Virus record (IMG/VR): IMGVR_UViG_3300031519_000212
Span: 1-24,450 of that record
DNA length: 24,450 nt
Strand: one strand, 5' to 3'
DNA from: a virus
Taxonomy: Duplodnaviria > Caudoviricetes
Under the pieces are notes generated by a model. It worked only from the letters and a program-made list of their open reading frames with translations. It was not told the DNA's origin and ran no database searches. Positions 1 to 8,548 of the stretch are shown one piece after another. Made by a program: the position numbers and the translations under genes. Each line of letters starts with the position of its first letter. Position 1 is the stretch's first letter.

Positions 1-354
1 ATCATTAGCTGTTGCCGAAGTAGGCGCTTTTACGCCAGCCCCAGCATCATACGCTTGAGAGTAGTTTATGTTCTTATTCTCCCCAAGGACGTAAACCAAG
101 TTGTCGCTCCCAACCACTCCTATCTTACTCCATCCTACATAGTCGTCTGGAAGCTCTACGGTGTTATTGGCAGAGTTGATAGTTAGTTTTAAAGACCGAA
201 TCTTATTGGATACATCAAAACCAAACTCGCGGATACCGCGAAGAGCGTGAGTTCTTACCTGATTATCGCTAGCGGTGCCTGCGAAATCATCCTCCGCCAT
301 CGTAATGATGAAGTCGTTTATAATCTGATTGAGAGGTACTGTATTCCTAGCCAT
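1..354 (-). CDS. Putative tail ring/adaptor structural protein (partial, runs off the window start)
   Basis: ATG at 354 overlaps the stop of the upstream gene. The frame MARNTVPLNQIINDF...NNTVELPDDYVGWSKIGVVG stays open to base 1. The LPxDYV motif and the position after the MCP fit head-tail ring proteins. Confidence 0.65.
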   Translation of the reverse strand, partial: MARNTVPLNQIINDFIITMAEDDFAGTASDNQVRTHALRGIREFGFDVSNKIRSLKLTINSANNTVELPDDYVGWSKIGVVGSDNLVYVLGENKNINYSQAYDAGAGVKAPTSATAND

Positions 355-1094
355 TAGTAAGTTTCTGCTTGTTTCCTAGCCGTCATTTCCGTACCAGTAT
401 AATTAACGATATCCGTATCCCTTAAGTTAACCCCGATCATCTTGCCGATCTCATAAACCAAATCAGATACGTAGTGTTCTGGAAGCTCGAAATCAATAGA
501 GGTTCCTCCCTCCGTATACGTAGGCATAGTAGCGGTTCTAACTCCAGTAGACGTCCTGCCTTCTGGATACTTATAGTATCTAACCTCGATCTTGTTTATG
601 CTGGTGGGGAACACCTGTATGTCTTCAGATACCAAAGCGATAGGGAAGTCCTCTGTAGGGGAGCTAAGGTTGCTAATAAGGATGCGCTCAATTTTCTCCT
701 CGTCGTAGCAGATTTCGATAGGCTTCTTAGTCGATTGATCTAAAAGGATGCTACCTGAGGTAGCCATGCTGATGATCCGAGCCATAGGGCTAGTCGCGTT
801 AGAAACGTTAAACACCCCGCTAACTTTGCTTAGCGTAGCCTTAGTAGAGAAAGCGGCCAAATCCTCTTGGATGCGCTTAAACCTAGACTTATCTCTAGAC
901 GGGTCAAAACCAGAACGAGACAGCTTCTTGACGTCTTTTAGCTCGTCGAATAAACCATTGAATATGTTGAGCTGAGCAACCTGGGCAAATCTGTTGAACT
1001 CAAGTGGCGAAACAAAGCCCTGTTGGTCTTTATTAGCCAGGTCCTGCAACGTCTCGTACACAGTCTGTATGCTAGCTCCGAATGTCTTTGCCAT
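354..1094 (-). CDS. Putative head-tail adaptor/ring protein (246 aa)
   Basis: Start moved to ATG 1094 (MAKTF), 4 nt downstream of a TATATTTG promoter. FNRFAQVAQL, YYKYP and ELPEHY motifs resemble podovirus ring/adaptor proteins. Synteny supports this. Confidence 0.6.
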   Translation of the reverse strand: MAKTFGASIQTVYETLQDLANKDQQGFVSPLEFNRFAQVAQLNIFNGLFDELKDVKKLSRSGFDPSRDKSRFKRIQEDLAAFSTKATLSKVSGVFNVSNATSPMARIISMATSGSILLDQSTKKPIEICYDEEKIERILISNLSSPTEDFPIALVSEDIQVFPTSINKIEVRYYKYPEGRTSTGVRTATMPTYTEGGTSIDFELPEHYVSDLVYEIGKMIGVNLRDTDIVNYTGTEMTARKQAETY

Positions 1095-1098
1095 GAAG

Positions 1099-1106
1099 CA
1101 AATATA
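1099..1106 (-). promoter_or_regulatory. Bacteroidota-type -7 promoter element TATATTTG
   Basis: Exact TAnnTTTG match in intergenic DNA, 4 nt before the ATG; one of a recurring family. Confidence 0.75.
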
Positions 1107-1107
1107 C

Positions 1108-1140
1108 AAAAAAGAAAAGCCCCCTTAATAGGAGGCTTCT
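1108..1140 (-). terminator. Intrinsic terminator
   Basis: Minus strand AGAAGCCTCCTATTAAGGGGGCTTTTCTTTTTT: GC-rich hairpin plus U-tract after the 1162 stop. Confidence 0.8.
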
Positions 1141-1161
1141 CATAGTGGATGTAAGGCTGTC

Positions 1162-1956
1162 TTAGTCTAGCTGACGTTCGATCTCTCCAACGACTGGGGC
1201 TCCTGCCTCGGTCATGCAGTAACGAACAAAAACATCAACAGGATCTTGTCCCACAGGAACGGAGATAATGTGCTTATTGGTGTCGAACCACTTAATCGCA
1301 TCGCTGTCAGCTTTAATAATTTGATATGATACAGCCTGCTTAATCTTAGACTTCATAGCTACCACAGGATTGTCGAATGACTCGATAAATACTTTAGGTG
1401 ATGTCTTAGCTTTTTGCAGTAAATCATATTTAATCTCATCTACTGGCCTATCTACGTCAATACTAAAAGCTAGAGCAACGGATAGAAGCTCGTCTAAAGG
1501 CTTTTCTCTTAATAGAGATATCGCATCATTTAATAAGAACTCATCGCTAAGGCTATTCGAGGCTATCTTTTCGGTGTTTACTAACCTAAAAAGAGTCCCT
1601 CCGTTAGCTTCATTAGCTGTATGCTTATTAAGAAATTCTTGAAGATTTGGTTTCTCCTTAGGGACAAAAAGCTTCCCGTAAACAAAAACTAAAGGGGATA
1701 ATATTGCATTATCTGATTGCTCATCAGTGAAAATCGATGGTTCCTTTTCGCTATACCTACACGATCTTACCGCGTTAACTTCTTCATCGTAAAAAGTAAA
1801 TGAAGCTTTTCTCATCATAAAGACAGCGCCGTTAGGTTTGCACATCTCATACTCAGCTCCTTTTCCTAATGGTTTTTTGGCTTCTTTAGAAGTCTTAATA
1901 ACCATAGAGGCTTCGGCTTTTTTAGGACGGCCAGGTCCGTTAGTCGTTTTCGACAT
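1162..1956 (-). CDS. Hypothetical protein immediately downstream of the MCP (probably structural/assembly)
   Basis: 264-aa ORF from ATG 1956 with an AT-rich leader (TAAATTCAATTGATC), flanked by terminators. Confidence 0.7.
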   Translation of the reverse strand: MSKTTNGPGRPKKAEASMVIKTSKEAKKPLGKGAEYEMCKPNGAVFMMRKASFTFYDEEVNAVRSCRYSEKEPSIFTDEQSDNAILSPLVFVYGKLFVPKEKPNLQEFLNKHTANEANGGTLFRLVNTEKIASNSLSDEFLLNDAISLLREKPLDELLSVALAFSIDVDRPVDEIKYDLLQKAKTSPKVFIESFDNPVVAMKSKIKQAVSYQIIKADSDAIKWFDTNKHIISVPVGQDPVDVFVRYCMTEAGAPVVGEIERQLD

Positions 1957-1992
1957 GATCAATTGAATTTAATAAATTAAGTAAAGAGGAGT

Positions 1993-2020
1993 AAAAGAGC
2001 GGAGGCGAATTCCCCCGCTC
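1993..2020 (-). terminator. Intrinsic terminator after the major capsid gene
   Basis: Minus strand GAGCGGGGGAATTCGCCTCCGCTCTTTT: hairpin plus a short U-tract. Confidence 0.7.
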
Positions 2021-2039
2021 AATTACCATTAGGTTATGA

Positions 2040-3407
2040 TTAGTGAGCCTTCAAAAGAACGTGCTGGTTAGCAGCTCTTACGCAAAGGTTACACTCAGAA
2101 CGATAGTTAAATTTAGCTCTGTCTTTTCCGTCAGTGTTGTATCCGAGGACACCACCGCCTTCAATCCAATGCTCCATGTCTCTGCTGTAGTTTCCAGCTG
2201 ACTTGTAGTTCATCTCCAAAGAAGGTGATTTAGCGCCTGTCTTAGCATCAGCTACAGAAGTCATAGGGATCATAGCTCCGAGCAAGCTTCCAACTCCTCC
2301 GATACCACCCATAGTAGGATCGTTCAAGAGCTTCCAGTCATGCTTATGGAAGTTGTATCCGCCACGAGTAAACGACTTAAAACCAAGGTTTGCGGCCATG
2401 TTAGCATCGTTGTTAAACGCACCAAACTGAGTAGCAAGACCAGAGGTCAAAGCAGCTCCAGCGCCAGCAGCACCGATCATGTCGTCAATATTCAAAGACA
2501 TCTGTCTGTTGAGGTACATAGCGTACTCAGCAGGAGCGCCTTCTTTATCCAATTCAAGAATGATTGCGTCGATATCAGCCAAAGAAGCAAAGTCTGTGTC
2601 TGTGTTTGCACCAGAAACGATACCTCTAGTTTCAACAGCAGCCACGTAGCCTTCAGAGCCAGCAACGGTTCCGTCAGCTAAAGTGTTAGCACCTTTTTGG
2701 GCATAAATCAACATAGCCTCTCTTTCGTTCATGAATCGCTTTCGCGTGTCCATTTCGTTCTTGTGATACCATCGGTAGTCACCGCCTACGTTGATCCAGC
2801 CAATGTTAGTGGCCTGAGATCCGCTTACCTCAAAGCTCTCTTTAACAATAATGAAAGGATTCTTGTAAATAGACAATTCAGTTTCGTATCCTTTAGCTGG
2901 CTGATCCGAACCTTGAGCGTACATATTGCCGATAACATTCATAACAGCAGCTGTATCGGTGGTTGGGGTCTCTCCGTCAAGCAGATTGGCAGTGAAAGTT
3001 GTATTGCTTGCGTGAATAGCCGTAACGACCAATCGCTCACCGATTTCAGAAAGTAAAACGTCGTTCAAACGAACACACTTAAGCGCAGTTAAATCCCCAG
3101 CTGTAGTAGAACCGTCACGCTCTGTAATAGTACAAGCACCATCAGCCTCGACAGTTACTTTCAGCGTTCGGTGAAGTCTACCTTCTTCGTACCAGTGAGT
3201 CTCGTCAGCCGTTCCAGCGCTCTTTTTTGCGCCAGTCAGTTCCAAGAATCCAGTGATACCTTGATCACCAAAAGTAGAGACATAAAGATCTCTTACGTCT
3301 GGTTTAGTTGGGTCCAACAAGGATCCCAACGTGATGTAATTTGCAGGCGAAGCGTCCAGACCTCTTGGTCCTTTGTCTGCGATTGCTGCATTTGATAAAT
3401 CGGACAT
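2040..3407 (-). CDS. Major capsid protein (HK97-like fold, crAss/Flavobacterium-phage type)
   Basis: 455 aa, follows the acidic scaffold gene and is followed by a terminator. Motifs HWYEEGRLH, GNMYAQGS, NPFIIVKESFEVSGS and YRSECNLCVRAAN are typical of this MCP type. Confidence 0.85.
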   Translation of the reverse strand: MSDLSNAAIADKGPRGLDASPANYITLGSLLDPTKPDVRDLYVSTFGDQGITGFLELTGAKKSAGTADETHWYEEGRLHRTLKVTVEADGACTITERDGSTTAGDLTALKCVRLNDVLLSEIGERLVVTAIHASNTTFTANLLDGETPTTDTAAVMNVIGNMYAQGSDQPAKGYETELSIYKNPFIIVKESFEVSGSQATNIGWINVGGDYRWYHKNEMDTRKRFMNEREAMLIYAQKGANTLADGTVAGSEGYVAAVETRGIVSGANTDTDFASLADIDAIILELDKEGAPAEYAMYLNRQMSLNIDDMIGAAGAGAALTSGLATQFGAFNNDANMAANLGFKSFTRGGYNFHKHDWKLLNDPTMGGIGGVGSLLGAMIPMTSVADAKTGAKSPSLEMNYKSAGNYSRDMEHWIEGGGVLGYNTDGKDRAKFNYRSECNLCVRAANQHVLLKAH

Positions 3408-3428
3408 AATTTTTTATTTTTTAATAGT

Positions 3429-4520
3429 TTAGATAAATCCGAACCCTCCGCCACCTTGCCCAAGCGCTTGTTTTAATTGTTGGGTAAGAGCGTCAGGCCC
3501 TTGTGGTGTACTGCCTTGATTCGGAGACTGAGCGGTTACGTTAGCTGCTTTATCTACTAAACCTCTTTGACCATCGGACATGCCCTGCTTATAAACAGAT
3601 TTTACGATACTTTCCATATTGTCAATGACGGCTCGGTGAACATTCAACGATTCGTAATCCCAGCTTCCATCCTCACGTACATAAGGATCAAAGAACTCGT
3701 CAAGGCGAGCGTTTTTGTCCGCAAGTTGATTCTTGTAATTGTCATCCATTCCGAAAGTAAAGTTCTTTCCATTTCCAAGGTCAAATTCAACCCCTTCCAT
3801 AGCATTCACTTCGCTTCTCATAGAGGCAATCCAATTATCATCAATTGGAGATGTCGATGTTTCTGCTTGACGTTCAGGGGCCTGGTACTGCGAACGCAGA
3901 CCTTCTATCCCACTTCGAGCGCTAGCCGAGTCCATCTTCATTTGCAGTTGCGAGAGCTTCACCTCCTCCTCTGAGTGTAGATCGGGATCAAGCTTATACT
4001 TGCTAGAGATCAATAAGCCAACTTCTTCTTGAGATAGGTTCGGGTAATCAGATGCCATCTGTACCTGAATAGCAGTCATGTCATCCATTTCGGAAGGGTT
4101 CATGGACTGGTAAACAAACCAATCTCTAGGGTCACGGCCAGTCTTTTCGACAAATTCCGCGATCACAGAAATTCTTTCATCGAGCTCTCTCTGCTCCTGC
4201 TGCTGCCCCTGTAGGTCGTCTAAAGAACGGACATCTCTCCCAAGCCTTTCGCTAAGGAAGTTGAATACCGCGCCTTCGATTTCTTCAGGTGCATATTGTT
4301 GTTGGGCATCGGGCTGATCGCCAATCTGCTCAACAGGTGTTTCTTGTGTTTCTTCAACCTGCGAAGGAGCTTCCTGAGTAGGCTGTTCCGTTTGCTGGGG
4401 TTGGTTAATCTGAGCTACCTCTTCGTCGCTTACATAAGTAAACGAGGATGTAGACTCTTCTGGTGCAGAAACGGGAGCCTCTTGCTCCATCGCCTCTACG
4501 GGTTGTGTCTTTTCTTCCAT
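3429..4520 (-). CDS. Putative capsid scaffolding/assembly protein
   Basis: 363 aa, very acidic and Q/E-rich with a disordered N-terminus, directly upstream of the MCP with its own promoter. Confidence 0.7.
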   Translation of the reverse strand: MEEKTQPVEAMEQEAPVSAPEESTSSFTYVSDEEVAQINQPQQTEQPTQEAPSQVEETQETPVEQIGDQPDAQQQYAPEEIEGAVFNFLSERLGRDVRSLDDLQGQQQEQRELDERISVIAEFVEKTGRDPRDWFVYQSMNPSEMDDMTAIQVQMASDYPNLSQEEVGLLISSKYKLDPDLHSEEEVKLSQLQMKMDSASARSGIEGLRSQYQAPERQAETSTSPIDDNWIASMRSEVNAMEGVEFDLGNGKNFTFGMDDNYKNQLADKNARLDEFFDPYVREDGSWDYESLNVHRAVIDNMESIVKSVYKQGMSDGQRGLVDKAANVTAQSPNQGSTPQGPDALTQQLKQALGQGGGGFGFI

Positions 4521-4538
4521 TAGAATTTAATTTAAGTG

Positions 4539-4546
4539 CAAATATA
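4539..4546 (-). promoter_or_regulatory. -7 promoter element TATATTTG for scaffold-MCP
   Basis: TAnnTTTG followed by the leader CACTTAAATTAAATTCTA-ATG. Confidence 0.75.
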
Positions 4547-4557
4547 TAACTTATTTG

Positions 4558-4743
4558 TTACCCGTGATTTACGAGCTTGAACTTAGCTTCCTTGATAGCG
4601 TTAGGATGCGGGGCATAATCACCCTTCATCAAGAAGTATCTTCCTCTCTCCTCCATCCAATGAAACCCAGACGGTGCAGGGACAGCTTTTGTGTCCTGCG
4701 TAATCTTTAGTTTACCGCCTTTATTAAGCTTAACCGCTTTCAT
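4558..4743 (-). CDS. Small basic hypothetical protein (61 aa)
   Basis: ATGA overlap with the upstream gene; MKAVKLNKGG N-terminus. Confidence 0.7.
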   Translation of the reverse strand: MKAVKLNKGGKLKITQDTKAVPAPSGFHWMEERGRYFLMKGDYAPHPNAIKEAKFKLVNHG

Positions 4744-4949
4744 TGTACTTGGTTTTTAGCGAGCAGAATCTTGATCTCCTGGATGTCTTTCATCATCTGA
4801 CGTACATCCTCTTTGAATTCTGTGTTATCCGTCTCAAGGACAGCTACACGAGCAGACAACTTATTGTAATCTGCCTGGAACTTAATCCAGCCGCCTATAA
4901 GCGATCCCGCTACGATTAGAAATTCGAAATGACTAATATGCTCTACCAT
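4740..4949 (-). CDS. Small membrane/coiled-coil protein (holin-like candidate)
   Basis: 69 aa with one hydrophobic segment (FLIVAGSLIGGWI) followed by a heptad coiled coil. Confidence 0.55.
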   Translation of the reverse strand: MVEHISHFEFLIVAGSLIGGWIKFQADYNKLSARVAVLETDNTEFKEDVRQMMKDIQEIKILLAKNQVQ

Positions 4950-4950
4950 T

Positions 4951-5244
4951 TTACCATTTTGCTTTGTCGGCCCAATAAGCTGCGCTCATCTTACCCTTTG
5001 CTATATTTCTAGCGTGTCTAGCTTTAAAACTAGCTCGCTTCTTCTTCATCTTGTCGCTTTCCCCTTCTTTAGGGGCGCCCGCTGTGCTAGCTCCTTGCTC
5101 GCCAAAACGGATTAAACGAATCTTCTCCCCTACCTTAGCCAAGACTACATGAGACTTTCTAGCATGAGACGGAGTACGCTTAGGCTTGTTGACCCCGCTT
5201 AATCCATGCTTCTTAAGAAGTCTCTTTACTCTAGGGATTGCCAT
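4951..5244 (-). CDS. Highly basic phage protein of unknown function (97 aa)
   Basis: K/R-rich, with the motifs LIRFGEQG, RASFKARH and SAAYWA, recognisable as a widespread phage DUF-type family. Confidence 0.75.
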   Translation of the reverse strand: MAIPRVKRLLKKHGLSGVNKPKRTPSHARKSHVVLAKVGEKIRLIRFGEQGASTAGAPKEGESDKMKKKRASFKARHARNIAKGKMSAAYWADKAKW

Positions 5245-5248
5245 AATG

Positions 5249-5256
5249 CAAATATA
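5249..5256 (-). promoter_or_regulatory. -7 promoter element TATATTTG
   Basis: 4 nt upstream of ATG 5244. Confidence 0.75.
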
Positions 5257-5262
5257 GGAAAT

Positions 5263-5289
5263 AAAAAAAGCCCCATCTCTGAGGCTTCT
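5263..5289 (-). terminator. Intrinsic terminator ending the fibre operon
   Basis: Minus strand AGAAGCCTCAGAGATGGGGCTTTTTTT. Confidence 0.8.
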
Positions 5290-5439
5290 TAAACTATAAG
5301 GTATTGTATATCAATAATATAAATCTAACTCCAGGGATTCCCTGTGCCGTTACACTAAAGTTTTATTATGGTTTAAGGCTTTATCCCGTATTCTCCTGGT
5401 TATATTAAATAATCCTTTTTGCATGTTAATTAAATAATG

Positions 5440-5667
5440 TTACCGCGTTAATTCGTCGAGTAAGTTACTTGTAGACGCCGCTATAGTCCATGTTGTGGCT
5501 CCCTGGGCTTTCAATGTGTTATAGTGGTCTTTTACTACCTCGATCCCAGCGAGCATGTTTTTGCGGTACTCTTCACCGTACCAACCGCTCATCAAAGCAA
5601 CGTTTCTTTGCCTATACTCAGGCCATCTTGAGATTATCTCGTTACTTGCACCTTCTTTAAGTGTCAT
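5440..5667 (-). CDS. Putative tail-fibre assembly chaperone (75 aa)
   Basis: Start moved to ATG 5667 (MTLKEG), just after the fibre stop at 5672. Small helical protein with IISRWPEYRQRN following a fibre gene. Confidence 0.55.
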   Translation of the reverse strand: MTLKEGASNEIISRWPEYRQRNVALMSGWYGEEYRKNMLAGIEVVKDHYNTLKAQGATTWTIAASTSNLLDELTR

Positions 5668-5671
5668 GTTA

Positions 5672-7069
5672 TTAAAAATTATGAATTGTCGTAGTAGCAT
5701 CACCACCAGTGCCGCCTGACTCTACGAATGCTGTGGTGTCTATGACCGTAACGAAGTTCGTTCCATCGTTACTACCTAGCAACTTAAAGTGGCTTGCAAC
5801 GTGGTAGTTGTCTATGACTGTAAGTTTAATGCTTTGAAAGGTTTTTGCTCCGTTCGCAAACCTAACTTGAATCCAGCTGTTGTTAGCAACAGTGTTGCTT
5901 ATCGACCACCACATTGAACTAGTAGCGTTGATTACTCCATCAAAAGCCTTCCATAGAGAATAAGAGCCGTACTCATACCCAGAAGACAGAGTCACCCCAG
6001 ATATACTTGTTGCGCTAGTTGCGTTTCCGTTAGGTTCATGAGTTCCCCCTGCGTTTTGACTTGGATACAATTCCATCTCAGCAAGCGCGTGGCGAGAAGC
6101 GGTGTTGTTTCCGCTGCTATCTACCCCTTGTAACCTCCACACCGTAAAGCTAGTTGCCGCAACAACTGCAAACGTCTTAACTAATACGGTGCTCGCTAGC
6201 TCTCCTACGTCTGCGCAAAGTATTCTTAATTCATACCCTGTCGCAATGGTCAAAGGAGCAAGAACGGAGATATTTCCGCTACTATCTACACTCCCATATA
6301 TATTTTGAAATACCCCACTAGAATTAAAAACCTTAAGCAAATAAGTAGCGGTAGGAATATGATTGTCTATAGTACCTACCAAGGTCGCTCCCTGTTGACC
6401 GCTTGTTCCAAAAGTTGCGGTAGGAGTAGCTGTTGTCGTTCCACCGCCAGCCTCCTCTAAACTTATTGTAGTGCTGGCGTGATCGTATGTCAGGACATAG
6501 TTATCTTGACCCGAACCCACGGTCTGATCCCCGTCTAATGTGTAGTTGCCTAAAATGACGTCTCCCGTTCCATTAGGGTCTAACTCTATATCGCCGTCTG
6601 TTGATGTAGTGTAAAGCTTACGGGAGTGCAGGTCTAGATCAGCGCCAAGCTTTAACCCGCCATGAGCACTGAAGTTGAGCTTACTGCTAGTAGACATGCT
6701 AAGGTCTGCGTTACCAACGATTACGGCTTGACCAGGCTTACTCGTAAAGTCAGACGCTGTAACCCCGTCTAAAGCCGAGATTTGATCTGTGCTTTTAATC
6801 AATATGTCTGGAGAAGCGTTAATAAGTGCGTTTAAGGCCGTTACTGTAGCCGATACACTAGTTCCAAACTGAGTTCCGTCTGATTGTTTTATTTGGGCAA
6901 ACGGCACCTCCCTTAATATTTTTTTACTGTTTGAGGTGTCCTGAATTATAACTCCTTTAGAAGTTGATCCAGCACCAGCCTGTAGAACACCCAACCTAAA
7001 TGTATCAATCCCGTGAGGAAAAGAGACAAGTATTTGGTTGTCGGACTTCTTAATAGTTACCTGTGCCAT
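5672..7069 (-). CDS. Tail fibre/receptor-binding protein with C-terminal discoidin (F5/8 type C)-like domain
   Basis: S/T/G-rich, with the fibre motif LGADLD...DIELDPNGTGDV. The C-terminal WKAFDG...WWS...WIQVRF...FKLLGSNDGTNF is the discoidin/CBM32 pattern. Confidence 0.75.
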   Translation of the reverse strand: MAQVTIKKSDNQILVSFPHGIDTFRLGVLQAGAGSTSKGVIIQDTSNSKKILREVPFAQIKQSDGTQFGTSVSATVTALNALINASPDILIKSTDQISALDGVTASDFTSKPGQAVIVGNADLSMSTSSKLNFSAHGGLKLGADLDLHSRKLYTTSTDGDIELDPNGTGDVILGNYTLDGDQTVGSGQDNYVLTYDHASTTISLEEAGGGTTTATPTATFGTSGQQGATLVGTIDNHIPTATYLLKVFNSSGVFQNIYGSVDSSGNISVLAPLTIATGYELRILCADVGELASTVLVKTFAVVAATSFTVWRLQGVDSSGNNTASRHALAEMELYPSQNAGGTHEPNGNATSATSISGVTLSSGYEYGSYSLWKAFDGVINATSSMWWSISNTVANNSWIQVRFANGAKTFQSIKLTVIDNYHVASHFKLLGSNDGTNFVTVIDTTAFVESGGTGGDATTTIHNF

Positions 7070-7071
7070 AA

Positions 7072-8178
7072 TTAGTTAGAGAAGTCTAGTTTTGATCCAG
7101 ATTTGATTTGTATGCTGTCAATGTTGCCATAGAACGCCTGCGCCTTTAATTTAAATGCCATACCATCAAAAGAAGGGCTAGCGGAGTCGTAAGCAGGGGC
7201 GGCATTCGCTATAGCGTTTTTAAAGTTATAGCTAAGAGAGTGCGTTTCATTTTCTGCTCCTGCTGATACAATGAAAGTGGAGTTGCCAGAAGCGCCGCCA
7301 AAATACGCCGAATGGATGCTTCCTACTTGAGTTCCGCTATTCGTAAACCAAAAATAAAGCTGAATAACGACGGGATCTTGACTGGTTAACGTGTTACTGC
7401 ATAAGAAATCAATATCGAAATCAAATGAACCGTTCGCTACTGCAATTAAGTTCGTATAAACGCTAAAGTTAGCGCCATCTTCAATTACAAAGTAATCACT
7501 TGAGTCGTTAAACCCCGAAGTAAAACCCGTAGAGCTTTGAGTGATGTCTGCGGCGTCAAACGGCAATGTAACTAAGTCCATAGAGCTATATGCCGATACG
7601 CCCGTCAGCATAGAAACGGATGGACCGTTGCTTACAAAAAGCGTCTCGTAGTCAACTGAAAAGCCCGCAGTGTTACCACCTCCAAAATTTGCAAGAAAAA
7701 TAAGCAGATCCGCGTTGTTGACTATTCCGTCTCCGTTCATGTCACCTAGTATGGATGATCCAGCAGCTGTGTAAGTATCGAGCGAACCTACCCCACCATC
7801 AATTAAAGCCTGAGCTAACAACTGAGTTATAACTCCCGAAAGAGCAGTAACGTCGAATTTTTTATAAACGTCATTGTCTACGTCGTAAAGCTGAAAATGA
7901 TACTTATTGTCAGCGGACTCAGCAAACGTGTCGAAGGTGATCGCGTCGTAATCACTTGTTGTGTGAGGTATCTGAAGCCAATTACTATTTAACTCCCAAG
8001 GCGTATCACCTGTTTCAGAACTGTTGTATACGCATAACTGCTTTTCGCTATTTAGATAAGCGAGATACCCTTGCTTCCTTTCCGAAGCAACAATAGAATC
8101 CCTTGCAGCTTCATTAGCAAGGATGCGGTAATCCCCTACTGTATCGCCGTCTACTAATATTTTTTTCCAGGTAGCCAT
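7072..8178 (-). CDS. Virion fibre/appendage protein with dockerin-like EF-hand motif
   Basis: 368 aa; N-terminus MATWKKILV; contains GDMNGDGIVNNADLLIFLANFG; beta-rich C-terminus. Confidence 0.7.
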   Translation of the reverse strand: MATWKKILVDGDTVGDYRILANEAARDSIVASERKQGYLAYLNSEKQLCVYNSSETGDTPWELNSNWLQIPHTTSDYDAITFDTFAESADNKYHFQLYDVDNDVYKKFDVTALSGVITQLLAQALIDGGVGSLDTYTAAGSSILGDMNGDGIVNNADLLIFLANFGGGNTAGFSVDYETLFVSNGPSVSMLTGVSAYSSMDLVTLPFDAADITQSSTGFTSGFNDSSDYFVIEDGANFSVYTNLIAVANGSFDFDIDFLCSNTLTSQDPVVIQLYFWFTNSGTQVGSIHSAYFGGASGNSTFIVSAGAENETHSLSYNFKNAIANAAPAYDSASPSFDGMAFKLKAQAFYGNIDSIQIKSGSKLDFSN

Positions 8179-8186
8179 ATGTAAGC

Positions 8187-8357
8187 TTAAGCTTTTTCAA
8201 GCTTTACAGAATCTTTTTCAGATAGTTTTTGTAACCGATCGAACTCCTTTGCTAGCTTGTCTAAAGTGCCAGCAACAACAGCCGCGTCAGTGGCTTTAAT
8301 AGTAGCGGTCTTTGCGACTTCGCTTAAAAAAAACACCTCGTTAATTTCTAATTTCAT
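8187..8357 (-). CDS. Small helical protein (56 aa, MKLEINEVFFLSEVAK...), possible fibre chaperone
   Basis: Not in the ORF track. It fills the gap exactly and has the leader AAATAAATTGAATTAAA-ATG. Confidence 0.7.
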   Translation of the reverse strand: MKLEINEVFFLSEVAKTATIKATDAAVVAGTLDKLAKEFDRLQKLSEKDSVKLEKA

Positions 8358-8372
8358 TTTAATTCAATTTAT

Positions 8373-8546
8373 TTATTTCGCCTTCAGTTGATTCTGAAGT
8401 TTGATCACTACGTCTGCCAACAAAAGTACGTCTTTCCCCTCGAAACTACAATCATGTAGCATCTTTAAAATGTACGTAAGCTCTTGTTGGGTCAAGGTGT
8501 CAGTGGTAATCCCGCCGACAGCCTTGCTCTTACCCAATAAGCTCAT
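8373..8546 (-). CDS. Small helical protein (57 aa, MSLLGKSKAVGG...), possible fibre chaperone
   Basis: Not in the ORF track. ATG lies 2 nt after the stop of 8549..9787. Confidence 0.7.
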   Translation of the reverse strand: MSLLGKSKAVGGITTDTLTQQELTYILKMLHDCSFEGKDVLLLADVVIKLQNQLKAK

Positions 8547-8548
8547 TA

